A stretch of DNA of 64,000 bases from Sedimentisphaerales bacterium (GTDB lineage: Bacteria > Planctomycetota > Phycisphaerae > Sedimentisphaerales > Anaerobacaceae). The notes under the pieces were generated by a model. It was not told where the DNA came from, did no database searches, and saw only the letters and a program-made list of their open reading frames with translations. A program made the position numbers and the translations under genes. The number at the start of each line of letters is the position of its first letter. The first letter of the stretch is position 1. The DNA is taken from contig JAXGYC010000010.1 in assembly GCA_040772485.1 (NCBI GenBank), forward strand, positions 320,001 to 384,000, written 5' to 3'. Positions 50,175 through 60,468 of this stretch are shown piece after piece.

Positions 50175-51416
50175 ATGACGAATCGTCGCCGCATGGGGAC
50201 AGCCACCACCCTGATGATCACCTTCGTAGTCCTGTCCTGGACGACTCTGTCATCGGCGGAGGTCTTCAACTATCCGACCCCTCAAACGGACCCGAACGAT
50301 ATCAGCTTTTACCAGGCGCCGGCCAAGATGCAGTCGTATCGGGCCGGAGCCGCGCAGGTCCGAAACGTCATCCTCTGCATCGGCGACGGCATGGGCCTGA
50401 GCCAGGTGACCCTGGCGCGCATGAAGGCGATCGGCGCCGAGGGCAAAATCCACATGCAGCGTCTGCCGGTCCATGGGCTGATTTCCACCCACTCGGCCAA
50501 CCGGCTGGTGACGGACTCGGCGGCGGGAGGAACCGCCCTGGCTTGCGGCATCAAGACCAACAACGGGATGATCGGCATGGCGCCCGAGGAGACGCCCTAT
50601 TACAGCATCCTGGAGGCGGCACAAGCCAAGGGGATGGCGACCGGCCTGGTCGTCACCTGCACGATGTCACACGCGACTCCCGCGTCGTTCGGTTCGCACG
50701 TCAAGAGCCGCAAGATGGAACCCGAGATTGCCGAGCAGTTGATCGGCAATCGGATCAACGTCCTGTTCGGCGGCGGACGCAAGTACTTCCTGCCCAAGTC
50801 GCATTCCGACAGCGGGCGAAAAGACGACAGAGACCTGCTGGCCGAGGCCGAAGACGCCGGATACACCGTCATCGGAACCGCCAATCAGTTGCGATGGGTT
50901 CGCGGGCCTCTCGTGCTGGGTCTGTTCCAGCTCGATGGGTTGACCACGCTGTCGCCGGAACCGATGCTGGCGGAGATGACCAGGAAGGCCATCGACATCC
51001 TCGACGAGACCGCGACGGACTCGCGGAAATACGGCCGGGGCTTCTTCCTCATGGTCGAGGGCAGCCAGATCGACTGGGCCTGCCATGCGAACAATGCCAA
51101 AGCCTGTGCGCGGCAGGTCTTGCTGTTCGATGAGGCGGTTCGCGCGGCGGTCGATTTCGCCGTCGCCGACGGCCGCACCCTGGTGGTCGTCACCGCCGAC
51201 CATGAGACCGGCGGGCTAACCATTCCCGAAGGGAGCCTCAAGGGCGACGAAATCAAGGTGCACTGGTCGACCAAAGGACACAGCGCCTCGCCCGTGCCCG
51301 TATACGCGATCGGACCAAAATCCGAGAAGTTCGGCGGCGTCTACGACAACACGGAGATCCCGCAGAGAATCGCTCAGACGCTGGGAATCAAACCGTTTCC
51401 GCAGGCCAGGAAATGA
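50175..51416 (+). CDS. Alkaline phosphatase (PhoA type)
   Basis: IGDGMG, TDSAA catalytic Ser, HATPA, MVEGSQID, TADHETGG. Confidence 0.93.
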   Translation: MTNRRRMGTATTLMITFVVLSWTTLSSAEVFNYPTPQTDPNDISFYQAPAKMQSYRAGAAQVRNVILCIGDGMGLSQVTLARMKAIGAEGKIHMQRLPVHGLISTHSANRLVTDSAAGGTALACGIKTNNGMIGMAPEETPYYSILEAAQAKGMATGLVVTCTMSHATPASFGSHVKSRKMEPEIAEQLIGNRINVLFGGGRKYFLPKSHSDSGRKDDRDLLAEAEDAGYTVIGTANQLRWVRGPLVLGLFQLDGLTTLSPEPMLAEMTRKAIDILDETATDSRKYGRGFFLMVEGSQIDWACHANNAKACARQVLLFDEAVRAAVDFAVADGRTLVVVTADHETGGLTIPEGSLKGDEIKVHWSTKGHSASPVPVYAIGPKSEKFGGVYDNTEIPQRIAQTLGIKPFPQARK

Positions 51417-51619
51417 GCAGCCGACACATCATACGAATGGACGCCACGCACGCGCCTGCCGTTCAAGTGGGTGACAAGGTCCGCAAAGGACAGAATCTGT
51501 GTGCGAGTGAAGCCGAGACTACCTGCATCTGTCCGATCACAGGGACTGTCGCAGAGGTTCGGTTTGACCCGGCGCAGCACGAGTTCGTGGTCACGATAGC
51601 GCCGACCAAGCGGGGCTGA
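51413..51619 (+). CDS. Small biotinyl/lipoyl-like (barrel-sandwich hybrid) protein
   Basis: VQVGDKVRKGQNL...ICPITGTVAEV; ATGA overlap with phosphatase stop. Confidence 0.65.
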   Translation: MSSRHIIRMDATHAPAVQVGDKVRKGQNLCASEAETTCICPITGTVAEVRFDPAQHEFVVTIAPTKRG

Positions 51620-51660
51620 GATTCAATGTCCCGCAGGGGCGGGCATTCGAGCACGTCGCT

Positions 51661-52326
51661 CTATCGCATATGGACGACGATCTCGACGCGTCGGTTCTTG
51701 GCCTTGCCGGCAGAGGTGGTGTTCGGCGCGACCGGACGTGCCGGGCCACACCCTGCGGCGCGGACCTGGCCGTCGGGGATGCCTTGGGCCATCAAATAGC
51801 GTGCCACCGAGAGCGCCCGTTCGGCGGACAGCTCCCAGTTGTCTTTCCAGAGGTCCTTGGTCTTGGCGATGGGGTCGGTGTCCGTGTGCCCGACGACGTC
51901 GATCTCCTTGCCGGAGTATTTCGACTTCAGGACGGACAGAATATGGTCAAGCTCGGCGCTCGTGGCGCTCTTCAGCTCGGCCTTGCCCGATTCAAAGAGG
52001 ATCGTATTGGGCAGCGTCACGGTGATCGTCCCGGCCGCCGGATCGAAAGCCACGTCATACCCCTCGCCGAAACCCGTCGCTTGGGCCGGAGTCTGGTTCA
52101 ATTCCTCGATCTGACGACGCAGATTGTCGATCGTCTGCTGGTCCTGGCTGATCTTCTGGGCCAGTTGTTGCTTCTCGTTCTGGAGGTTCTCGAAACGCCC
52201 TTTAAGGTTCTGGTGCTCGACGTTGAGGTAGTCGTACTTCTTCTTGTAATCGGTGCAGCCGGAAACCAGAGACAGCCCTACAACCAACAGCAGCGGGACG
52301 ATCGCTTTGACCTTGACGACGTGCAT
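51661..52326 (-). CDS. OmpA/MotB C-terminal domain lipoprotein with coiled coil
   Basis: AGGAGG RBS, VSGC lipobox, ILFESGKAEL, VGHTD, NWELSAERA, KNRRVEI. Confidence 0.9.
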   Translation of the reverse strand: MHVVKVKAIVPLLLVVGLSLVSGCTDYKKKYDYLNVEHQNLKGRFENLQNEKQQLAQKISQDQQTIDNLRRQIEELNQTPAQATGFGEGYDVAFDPAAGTITVTLPNTILFESGKAELKSATSAELDHILSVLKSKYSGKEIDVVGHTDTDPIAKTKDLWKDNWELSAERALSVARYLMAQGIPDGQVRAAGCGPARPVAPNTTSAGKAKNRRVEIVVHMR

Positions 52327-52367
52327 TCGAAACCTCCTTGCAATCCTATGAACGCAACTGTGCCCTC

Positions 52368-53549
52368 TCAGTGCAAGAAAAGAAAGGCAAATTCCCTTAC
52401 AATCCGATCGTGCAGAATCATAACGGTCAAGACAGCTAAAGACAAGAAAGGACCGTAGGGAATCTGGCGAATTTTTTTGAAAAACGTCTGGAAGAGCGCC
52501 CAGCCGAGCCCGAAGAACGGCGCGACGAAGAACGCGACCACCACCATCAGCGGGCCGATCACCGCCCCGGCGGCGCCCATCAGGTGGACGTCGCCCAGTC
52601 CCATCGCCTCTTTGCCGAACGCGAGCGTCCCGAGGACCCGGGTCGCCCAGACGACGGCACATCCGACGAAGTAACCGAACAGGCTGCCGAGGAACCCGGC
52701 AATCGCCGGGTACGCCAGGAGGCCGGTCCACCAAGCCGCGACCGCCGCCGGCCGGGTCAACACGACGTTGGCTGCGATCGCCCCGAGGATGATCGGCGTC
52801 AGGAAGATGATCTCCCGCATCGCTTCAAGGCGATGGTTGAATTCGGGGTCGTCAGCAAACGGGAAGGCCCCCTTCTCGACCTCGGGCTTCTCGTCGGCGG
52901 GCTTGGCCTGCGCCTGCGACTCGGGCACCTGGTAGCTCCGATGGATCAGACCCGCCTTGAGAAGCAGCAGGCTGATCGCCAGGCCGATTCCCGCGCCGAG
53001 CGCCAAGGCGCCGGTTCCCGGCGAGGCGACCGGAAGCAGCGAGAAGGCTTTGATGACATCCGGGTCGATCAGGTACCCCCCGACCGTCGAGCCGACGAAC
53101 CCGACAGCGGTGGCAAACCAGCAGATCGACAGCGGGATGATCCAAAGTTCCAGGTCGATCCCCGAGCCGGCGATGAACGCTGCCAGCAGGGCGACGTGAA
53201 CGACGTAGACGAACCGCCCGTTCGGCGCCTGCATGCCCTGCCGCAGCGGCGAGTGAAAGTAGACCAGGTACAGTCCGAGAAAAACCAGGCCGGTGAGCAG
53301 CTCCACGACGAAATACCGCGGCGAGATGCGCATGCCGCAATGGCGGCACTTCGCTCGCAGGACGAGCCACGAGACCAGCGGAATGTTGTCGTAGAACCGG
53401 ATGGGCTTGCCGCAACCGGGACAGGCTGAGCCGGGGCTCACCAGCGACTTTTCACGGGGCAGGCGGTAGATCACGACGTTCAGGAAGCTGCCGATACAGC
53501 AGCCGAACGCAAAGGTGAACGCACTGATGATCCATTCCTGTGCCGCCAC
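52368..53549 (-). CDS. pilD: Prepilin peptidase (A24A)
   Basis: GSFLNVVIYRLP, CPGC..YDNIP..CRHC, AMGLGD, IPYGPFL. Confidence 0.93.
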   Translation of the reverse strand: MAAQEWIISAFTFAFGCCIGSFLNVVIYRLPREKSLVSPGSACPGCGKPIRFYDNIPLVSWLVLRAKCRHCGMRISPRYFVVELLTGLVFLGLYLVYFHSPLRQGMQAPNGRFVYVVHVALLAAFIAGSGIDLELWIIPLSICWFATAVGFVGSTVGGYLIDPDVIKAFSLLPVASPGTGALALGAGIGLAISLLLLKAGLIHRSYQVPESQAQAKPADEKPEVEKGAFPFADDPEFNHRLEAMREIIFLTPIILGAIAANVVLTRPAAVAAWWTGLLAYPAIAGFLGSLFGYFVGCAVVWATRVLGTLAFGKEAMGLGDVHLMGAAGAVIGPLMVVVAFFVAPFFGLGWALFQTFFKKIRQIPYGPFLSLAVLTVMILHDRIVREFAFLFLH

Positions 53550-53585
53550 ATCGCCTCCCGTGCCACCGTGGACGCTCTGCCGTTC

Positions 53586-53613
53586 GTACGGGCGAATGAT
53601 GATTTGCCCTTGC
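53586..53613 (-). repeat. 28-bp REP palindrome, family 1 copy c
   Basis: GTACGGGCGAATGATGATTTGCCCTTGC immediately after the argG stop. Confidence 0.75.
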
Positions 53614-53614
53614 G

Positions 53615-54844
53615 TTACTTGCCGCCCTTCTGCTCCCGACGCCCGACCGCTCCGGCTACCCTCATCGGCAGCCCGAACAGCCGAATGAAGCCCTTGGCAT
53701 CGGTCGGATCGTATTCGGCGCCCATCTTGAAGCTCGCCAGGTCCGCCTGGTAGAGACTGTGCGGGCTCTTCATGCCGGCCGGCGTGCAGCGGCCCTTGAA
53801 CAGCTTGATCCGGACGTCACCCACGACGCTGCGTTGCGTGACGTTGATGAAGGCGTCCAGCGCCTCGCGAAGCGGGCTGAACCACTGGCCGTAATAGACC
53901 AGCTCGGCATACTTCAGCGCCACCTGCTGCTTGTAGTGCATCGTTTCACGCTCCATCGTCAGGCTTTCGAGAGCGGCGTGGGCGGTCATCAGGATCGTCC
54001 CGCCGGGCGTCTCGTAGACCCCGCGCGATTTCATGCCCACCAGGCGATTCTCCACGACGTCCACCTGGCCGATGGCGTGCCGGCCGCCGATCTCGTTGAG
54101 CGTCTCGATCATCTTGACGCCGCTGGTGAGCTTGCCGTCGAGCCGAACCGGGACGCCCTCGTGGAACCCTATCGTTACGTAATCCGGCTTGTCGGGCGTG
54201 CGGCTGACCGGCTGCGACATCACGAACAGTTCGTCCTTAGGCTCGTTGGCGGGGTCTTCGAGGTCGGCGCCCTCATGGCTGATGTGCCAGAGGTTGCGAT
54301 CGCGGGAGTAAATCTTCTTCTTGCTCTGCTCGATCGGGATATTGTGCTTGCGGGCGTAGTCGACCGCGGCTTCGCGGCTGGTCAGCTTGAAGTTCGGGTC
54401 TTTCCACGGCGCGACGATGTCGAGCGCCGGGTCCAGGGCCATGAAGGTCAGCTCAAAGCGGACCTGATCGTTGCCCTTGCCCGTGGCGCCGTGCGCGACC
54501 GCGGTGGCCTTCTCGGCGTGCGCGACGTCCACCTGGTGCTTGGCAATCAGAGGCCGGGCGATGCTGGTGCCCAGCAGATAGCCGTTCTCATAGATGGCGC
54601 CGCTCTTGAGCATCGGCCAGAGGTAGTCTTCGACGAACTCCCGCCGCAGGTCCTTGACGATGCACTTGGTGGCCCCGCTGGCCAGGGCCTTCTTCTTGAT
54701 GCCCGCCAGCTCGTCGCCCTGCCCCAACTCGGCGGCAAACGCGATGACGTCGTACCCGTAGGTTTCCTTCAGCCAGGGCAGGATCACGCTCGTATCGAGC
54801 CCGCCGCTGTATGCCAACACGACCTTCTGCTGCTTCTTCGCCAT
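53615..54844 (-). CDS. argG: Argininosuccinate synthase
   Basis: [38 protein letters not shown]. Confidence 0.97.
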   Translation of the reverse strand: MAKKQQKVVLAYSGGLDTSVILPWLKETYGYDVIAFAAELGQGDELAGIKKKALASGATKCIVKDLRREFVEDYLWPMLKSGAIYENGYLLGTSIARPLIAKHQVDVAHAEKATAVAHGATGKGNDQVRFELTFMALDPALDIVAPWKDPNFKLTSREAAVDYARKHNIPIEQSKKKIYSRDRNLWHISHEGADLEDPANEPKDELFVMSQPVSRTPDKPDYVTIGFHEGVPVRLDGKLTSGVKMIETLNEIGGRHAIGQVDVVENRLVGMKSRGVYETPGGTILMTAHAALESLTMERETMHYKQQVALKYAELVYYGQWFSPLREALDAFINVTQRSVVGDVRIKLFKGRCTPAGMKSPHSLYQADLASFKMGAEYDPTDAKGFIRLFGLPMRVAGAVGRREQKGGK

Positions 54845-54977
54845 AACGGTATCCTCAAAACGCCCGGAGTCTGGTGAAAAGGCGGATTATACGCATACGC
54901 CCGCCGTGATTCAACGGAATATCGCAGGCGGACACCCTCCAAAGGCGGATGGGCGGGATTCGGCCCCGATCGCCTCT

Positions 54978-55286
54978 TCAGGGCACGCACTCGCCCTGCG
55001 GCGTCTGTGCCCAGCCGCCGGGGGTGTCCCCGCGCCGGTCGCGGCTGTAGTAGAAGTACAGCGACAGGTCCACCGCCACCAGGACCATGTTCAGGGCGTA
55101 CAGGGCGATGATCCAGTCGAAAGACTGCGTGGCCTTGTAGATGACGCCGTTGAGGTAGCCGAAACAGACGATCGCCATGAACAGCGGGCTCTTGCCCTCC
55201 ACCTTCCTGGTGCGCAACGACTTGGCGATCGAGATCGGCCAGCTCACCCCGAAACAGACCAGCATCACCGCTTCGAATACGGACAT
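54978..55286 (-). CDS. PQ-loop/SemiSWEET-like small membrane protein
   Basis: MSVFEAVMLVCFGVSWPISIAKS..EGKSPLF, three TM segments. Confidence 0.75.
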   Translation of the reverse strand: MSVFEAVMLVCFGVSWPISIAKSLRTRKVEGKSPLFMAIVCFGYLNGVIYKATQSFDWIIALYALNMVLVAVDLSLYFYYSRDRRGDTPGGWAQTPQGECVP

Positions 55287-55437
55287 ACTGCGGAACTCCT
55301 CGCCCACAACGGCACAACAGCGGAAGACACTTGCGGCGTGCAGGATGCTCCTGTGCGCTCCGGCACCCCGGCGGGAAATGCACCGCGAAGAGTCTCAATG
55401 AGACACAGCGGCACGCCCGCTCGTGCGTATTTCTGCG

Positions 55438-55465
55438 GCACGGGCGAATGAGGATTCGCCCCTAC
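55438..55465 (-). repeat. 28-bp REP palindrome, family 1 copy d
   Basis: Minus strand GTAGGGGCGAATCCTCATTCGCCCGTGC. Confidence 0.8.
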
Positions 55466-55929
55466 TCCATCTGCTCGATCAGGTAGTTCTGGAAACCGAT
55501 CTGCTTGATCTGGTCGAGCTGCACCTCGATCCAGTCGATGTGTTCCTCTTCGTCGCGGAGGATGGACACCAGCAGCTCGCGCGTGCCGTGGTCCCCAGCC
55601 TCGCCCGCCATCTGGATATCGGCGTTGTAGTCCTTGATGGCGGCCTCTTCCGCCTTCCAGTCGTTCTTGAGCTGCTTCTCGACGTTGTCGCCGATGCTGA
55701 TCTTGTTCAGCTTGCTGACGGTGGGCTTGCCTTCGAGGAACAGGATTCGCTCGATCAGCTTCTCGGCATGCTTCATTTCGGTGATGGCCCGCTTCTGAAT
55801 GGCTTCATGAAGACGTCCATAGCCCCAATTTTCGCACATCTCGGAGTGAACCATGTACTGATTGATCGCGGTCAACTCGTCGGCCAGCCGGGCATCCAGC
55901 GCCGCAATGACTTTTTCGTTTCCCTTCAT
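55462..55929 (-). CDS. bfr: Bacterioferritin
   Basis: MKGNEKVI..ELTAINQY..H, EMKHA (heme Met), ERILFLEG, DEEEHIDW. Confidence 0.95.
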   Translation of the reverse strand: MKGNEKVIAALDARLADELTAINQYMVHSEMCENWGYGRLHEAIQKRAITEMKHAEKLIERILFLEGKPTVSKLNKISIGDNVEKQLKNDWKAEEAAIKDYNADIQMAGEAGDHGTRELLVSILRDEEEHIDWIEVQLDQIKQIGFQNYLIEQME

Positions 55930-56079
55930 CGGTATTTCGCTCCTTACCTGTGATATTCCATCTGCCCCCGCGGGCAGCTCTCGACCACAAAGCACATATC
56001 GGCAATGCTAATGCCTCGGCCGAGACGTCGCCAAGAGAGGAATTCCCTGATTTTCGACAAAAAAGACGAGGGTCCGGCG

Positions 56080-56772
56080 TCAGTCGATTTCCCTGATTTT
56101 CATGTTGCGGAAGTAGATCGGCGCGCCGGCGTGCTTGCCCTGCAACCCGATGTTGCCATGCGTGGGCAGCTCGGCAAAGGGCGTGCTCAGCCAGGACGGG
56201 ATCTCGCTGCCGTCGGGGTTGGTCTTGGCGCTGGTCCACAGGGCCATGTTCATGACCGAGACCGTCTCGCCATTGATCATGACGTAGATCATCTGATCGC
56301 GGCAGGTGACGGTCATGCGGTTCCACTCGCCGGGCCTCTTGACCATGCTTTTGGTCGGCGCCAAGTGGCCGAAGATCGCACCGCAGTGCCACGTGGCGGG
56401 CTGCTTGGCCCACTCCTCGGAGAAATCATCGGCGATCTGGATCTCGACGGAATTGGGAATCCAGTTCTGCATGTCGGTGCAGTAGACGATCACGCCGCTG
56501 TTGGTGCCTTCGGCGGTCTTGAACTCCAGATCGAGGATGAAATTATCGTAGTCCTTCTTCGTCCAGATCGCCTCGTCCTTGCTGGCGGTCAGGACCCCGT
56601 CCTCGAACGTCCAGACGCCCTCGGGATACGTCGCATCGGACAGGTCGGGGGCAAACAGGTTGTTCCACGAGCTGACCTTCGGGTGCGTCTTGGGCGGCAC
56701 GGCGAGGTTCTGACTGCAAGACGACAACAGGAGACTGCCACCGAACACCGCCAACACCACTGCCTTCTTCAT
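56080..56772 (-). CDS. DUF1080 family lipoprotein
   Basis: LSSC lipobox, YDNFILDLEFK, NSGV, EIQIAD, GEWNRM, GNIGLQGKH..FRNMKI. Confidence 0.9.
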   Translation of the reverse strand: MKKAVVLAVFGGSLLLSSCSQNLAVPPKTHPKVSSWNNLFAPDLSDATYPEGVWTFEDGVLTASKDEAIWTKKDYDNFILDLEFKTAEGTNSGVIVYCTDMQNWIPNSVEIQIADDFSEEWAKQPATWHCGAIFGHLAPTKSMVKRPGEWNRMTVTCRDQMIYVMINGETVSVMNMALWTSAKTNPDGSEIPSWLSTPFAELPTHGNIGLQGKHAGAPIYFRNMKIREID

Positions 56773-56940
56773 TTCCTTGCTCCTTGAGAGAAACCGATAC
56801 CTCAGTCGATTCGGCGCCCTGTGGCGCAGACCGGCGGGACATTCTACCGCGTAGTCCTCGCAGCCGCCAGCGCTAACCGTCGCGCTCCATGAGGTGCCCG
56901 CACATCGTACGAGACATGCCAGCTCGGAGAGCGAAGAGCC

Positions 56941-57063
56941 GCGCGTGGCAGCCTCAAGTCCGCAGGACTTGGGGATGGCTCCTGGCACTGGCAACCTCCT
57001 GGAATCGGCGAGACAACCCAGTCTGCCATCCCCAAACGCTCCGCGTTTGAGGCTGCCACGCGC
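56941..57063. repeat. MITE/REPIN-like element, family 2 copy B
   Basis: GCGCGTGGCAGCCTCAA...TTGAGGCTGCCACGCGC; inner TTGGGGATGGC...GCCATCCCCAA. Confidence 0.85.
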
Positions 57064-57076
57064 CAGCGAGAACGGC

Positions 57077-57934
57077 CTACGCCCGGACGCTTCGCACAGT
57101 CTCGAAGGCGATGGCCGCCAGGATGATCGAGCCGCCCACGACGGTGCGAAGCGACAGAGTCTCATCGTGGATCAGGTAGCCGAAGAACGCCGCGTAGAAC
57201 GGCAGCAGCGTCGCGATGATCCCGACCGTCTTGGCGCTGAGGTGCTTGAAGCTGGCGGAGAACAGGGTGTGAGGAACCGCCGTGAAGACCACGCCCAGCA
57301 GGAGCAGCAGGCCCCCCGTGGCGGGCGTCCAGGCCGCTCGGTCGATGAATAGCCACGGCAGCAGCACCAGTCCCGTCACCAGCATCTGCCAGAACATCAG
57401 CACGCTGCCGGTGTACTGATGGACGTACTTGCGCGTCAGCAGATTGCGGGCCATGAAGAACAGGCCGGAGATCACCCCCAGCGCGATCCCCTGGGTCGTC
57501 GCGTCCGACAGGCTCATCGCGGGCGTCATGATCACAATCCCGAGGAAGACCACCACCGCCAGGAGGACGTCCGACTTTCGCAGACGCTCCGAGAAGAGGA
57601 ACGGCTCGATGATCGCCGTGATAACGGGATAGGTGTGCAACGACAGGATCGCCACCGCAGCGGTGGAGACCTTCAGCGCCTTGAAGTAGGTCAGCCAGTG
57701 GGCACAGAGCAGCAATCCCAGCGTGAGCATCAGCCCGTAGTGCCGGCCGCCGTTGGCCTTCAGCGGCCTTCGCAGGGCCGCGAGCATGGCCACCAGCGCC
57801 GCCGCCCCGATCAGCGACCGCAGGCAGATGATGTGCGGCACCGGCAGCGCGATGCCCTTGGCGAACATCGCGGTGCCGCCCCACATCAGGACGGCGACAT
57901 TGAGCTGAATGAGACTGATCTTCCTGGGCTGCAT
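57077..57934 (-). CDS. DMT/EamA family transporter
   Basis: About 10 TM segments in two EamA repeats; YPVITAIIEP, LIHDETLS. Confidence 0.9.
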   Translation of the reverse strand: MQPRKISLIQLNVAVLMWGGTAMFAKGIALPVPHIICLRSLIGAAALVAMLAALRRPLKANGGRHYGLMLTLGLLLCAHWLTYFKALKVSTAAVAILSLHTYPVITAIIEPFLFSERLRKSDVLLAVVVFLGIVIMTPAMSLSDATTQGIALGVISGLFFMARNLLTRKYVHQYTGSVLMFWQMLVTGLVLLPWLFIDRAAWTPATGGLLLLLGVVFTAVPHTLFSASFKHLSAKTVGIIATLLPFYAAFFGYLIHDETLSLRTVVGGSIILAAIAFETVRSVRA

Positions 57935-58158
57935 ATCACGTCACCAGACCACCGAACGGCCCTTTATGCTTCATGCCCACGACAAAAACAAGGATGAAAT
58001 CGCGCCTGGCCGCAAAGCATGGCCGCGTCAACACTTGCCTGCGGCGGAGAAAACCCGCATAATCCTTCTATGGGACCTGTCCGGGTGACGAAGGATGCGA
58101 GCCGCCCGACGGCGGGTCCGCCAAACATGCTGGTGACGCAAGAGGAAAGGACGCTGCG

Positions 58159-60273
58159 ATGCGACAGTGGACATTGATTCTCCTGCCGATGCTTCTGGGC
58201 GGGCTGTCTCAGGGAGCACACGAACCGGACCTGCTCATCTGCGATTTCGAGGGCACGGACTACGCCGGCTGGCAGGCCACGGGCGATGCGTTCGGCAACG
58301 CTCCGGCCCGAGGCACGCTGCCCGGGCAGTTGGCGGTGACCGGCTTCGTGGGCCGCGGTCTGGTCAACAGCTTCCGCGAACGCGACGCCTCGACGGGCAC
58401 GCTGACCTCGCCGCCCTTCCAGATCGAGCGCAATTACATTCACTTCCTGATCGGCGCAGGCGGCTATCCCCGCCTGACCTGCATGGACCTGATCGTCGAC
58501 GGCAGGACGGTCCGCACGGCCACCGGACGCAACAACCGCCCCGGCGGCTCCGAGCGCCTGACCGCGCGGTTCTGGGATGTTTCCGATCTCATGGGCAAGA
58601 CCGCACGACTGCGGATCGTGGACAACCATACGCGTCTCTGGGGCCACATCACCGTCGATCACATCTTCCAGGCGAACTCGAAAGACGATTTCGACCAGAG
58701 CAAAGAGCTTCGGCTCAGCGCGCGATATCTCAACTTCCCGGTGAAGAGCGGCGCCGCCAAGCGGCGTGCCCGGGTCATCATCGACGAGCGCGTCGTCCGC
58801 GAATTCGAGATCGAGCTGGCCGACGTCAGTCCCGATTTCCATGTCTTCCTGGACGTCAGCGCGTTCCAGGGCGCGACGGCCACCATCGAGGTGGACGGTC
58901 TGCCGCGTTCCTCGCGCGGCCTGCACCTCATCAGCCAGTCCGATGAGATCCGAGGCGCCGAGAACCTGTATCGCGAGAAGCTCCGGCCGCAGTTTCACTT
59001 CACCTCGCGACGGGGCTGGAACAACGACTCCAACGGCTTGGTCTTCCACAAGGGTCTGTACCACCTTTACTACCAGCACAATCCTTATGGCGTGCAGTGG
59101 GGCAACATGCACTGGGGCCACGCCGTCAGCGTGGACCTGGTTCACTGGACCGAGCTTCCCATCGCCCTGTATCCGCAACAGTTCGGCGACTGGGTCTTCT
59201 CGGGAAGCGCCGTGGTCGACGTGAACAACACCGCCGGCTTCCAGAAAGGCGATGAGCCGCCCATCGTGGCCGCCTACACCAGCACCGGACGAGGCGAGTG
59301 CATCGTCTACAGCAATGACGGCGGCGCGACCTTCACCGAATACGAGGGCAATCCGGTCGTCAAGCACCAGGGACGCGACCCGAAGGTCATCTGGTATGGG
59401 CCCGGAAGGCACTGGGTCATGGCGCTGTACCATGAGGTCGATGACAAGCGCACCATCGCGTTCTACACCTCCGACGACCTGAAGAACTGGCAATACGCCA
59501 GCCTGATCGAAGGCTTCTACGAATGTCCCGAGATCTTCGAGCTGCCGGTCGACGGCAAAGCCGATGACAAGCGATGGGTGCTGTACGCCGCCGACGGCGA
59601 CTACCGGATCGGCGCGTTCGACGGCAGGACCTTCACGCCCGAATCGGACAAGATCAAGTTCAGCCACGGCAACTGCTTCTACGCCTCGCAGACATACAGC
59701 AACATCCCGCCCGAGGACGGGCGGCGCATCCAGGTCGCCTGGGGGCGGGTCGAGACGCCGGGAATGCCGTTCAACCAGATGATGCTGTTCCCGGTCGAGC
59801 TGACGTTGCGAACGACGGAGGAAGGGCCGCGTCTGTTCGCGGCGCCGGTCCGGGAGATCGAACGGCTCCAGGAGCCGCACCGTGGCTGGGAGAGCCAGAA
59901 ACTGACGCCGCGAAAGGACCTGCTCTCCGGCGTAAAGGGCGAGCTGTTTCGCGTACGCGCCCGGTTCGAGCCGGGGCAGGCCCAGCGCGTGACACTGGAC
60001 GTCCGAGGCGTCCGCATCGTGCTCGATCCGCAGAAGAACCAGCTCTCCTGCCTGGACAAGACCGCCCCGCTGTCGCCCGAGAACGGCCAGATAGCACTGG
60101 ACGTCCTGGTCGATCGCACCTCGATCGAGATCTTCGCCAACGACGGCCGGGTCTACATGCCGATGGGTGTGAAGTTCACCGACGAGAACCGCGCCCTGGG
60201 CTTCTTCTGCGAGGGCGCCCCGATCACGGTCCACTCGTTCGACGTCTTCGAGATCGCCTCGATCTGGCCATAG
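58159..60273 (+). CDS. GH32 beta-fructofuranosidase/levanase with N-terminal extra domains
   Basis: RPQFHF..GWNNDSNG, WGHAVS, FSGSA, RDPKV, ECP, LVDRTSIEIF. Confidence 0.93.
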   Translation: MRQWTLILLPMLLGGLSQGAHEPDLLICDFEGTDYAGWQATGDAFGNAPARGTLPGQLAVTGFVGRGLVNSFRERDASTGTLTSPPFQIERNYIHFLIGAGGYPRLTCMDLIVDGRTVRTATGRNNRPGGSERLTARFWDVSDLMGKTARLRIVDNHTRLWGHITVDHIFQANSKDDFDQSKELRLSARYLNFPVKSGAAKRRARVIIDERVVREFEIELADVSPDFHVFLDVSAFQGATATIEVDGLPRSSRGLHLISQSDEIRGAENLYREKLRPQFHFTSRRGWNNDSNGLVFHKGLYHLYYQHNPYGVQWGNMHWGHAVSVDLVHWTELPIALYPQQFGDWVFSGSAVVDVNNTAGFQKGDEPPIVAAYTSTGRGECIVYSNDGGATFTEYEGNPVVKHQGRDPKVIWYGPGRHWVMALYHEVDDKRTIAFYTSDDLKNWQYASLIEGFYECPEIFELPVDGKADDKRWVLYAADGDYRIGAFDGRTFTPESDKIKFSHGNCFYASQTYSNIPPEDGRRIQVAWGRVETPGMPFNQMMLFPVELTLRTTEEGPRLFAAPVREIERLQEPHRGWESQKLTPRKDLLSGVKGELFRVRARFEPGQAQRVTLDVRGVRIVLDPQKNQLSCLDKTAPLSPENGQIALDVLVDRTSIEIFANDGRVYMPMGVKFTDENRALGFFCEGAPITVHSFDVFEIASIWP

Positions 60274-60468
60274 CCCCGCGGTCACCATCCCAACCGGCAT
60301 ACGACAGATACGCCGGAAGAATCGCAGGTGATTCTTCGCCCGCGAAGGCCGCGCCCTTTTTTCGCACGAGCCCTTCGAACTGCTGAACCCGCAGCGCGAT
60401 CCCACAGTAAGACAAATCAAGTCTTATATACTTTTTGGTCAGCCACGTTGTGTAAGGAGACGCGGACT

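Noticed and set aside
51661..52326. Flagellar MotB
   Set aside because: Lipobox rather than a TM helix with the conserved Asp, and no motA; better called an OmpA-like lipoprotein
57964..60420. 818-aa minus-strand ORF, and similar ones at 10844, 12622, 30083, 33084, 35702
   Set aside because: Antisense to well-supported genes
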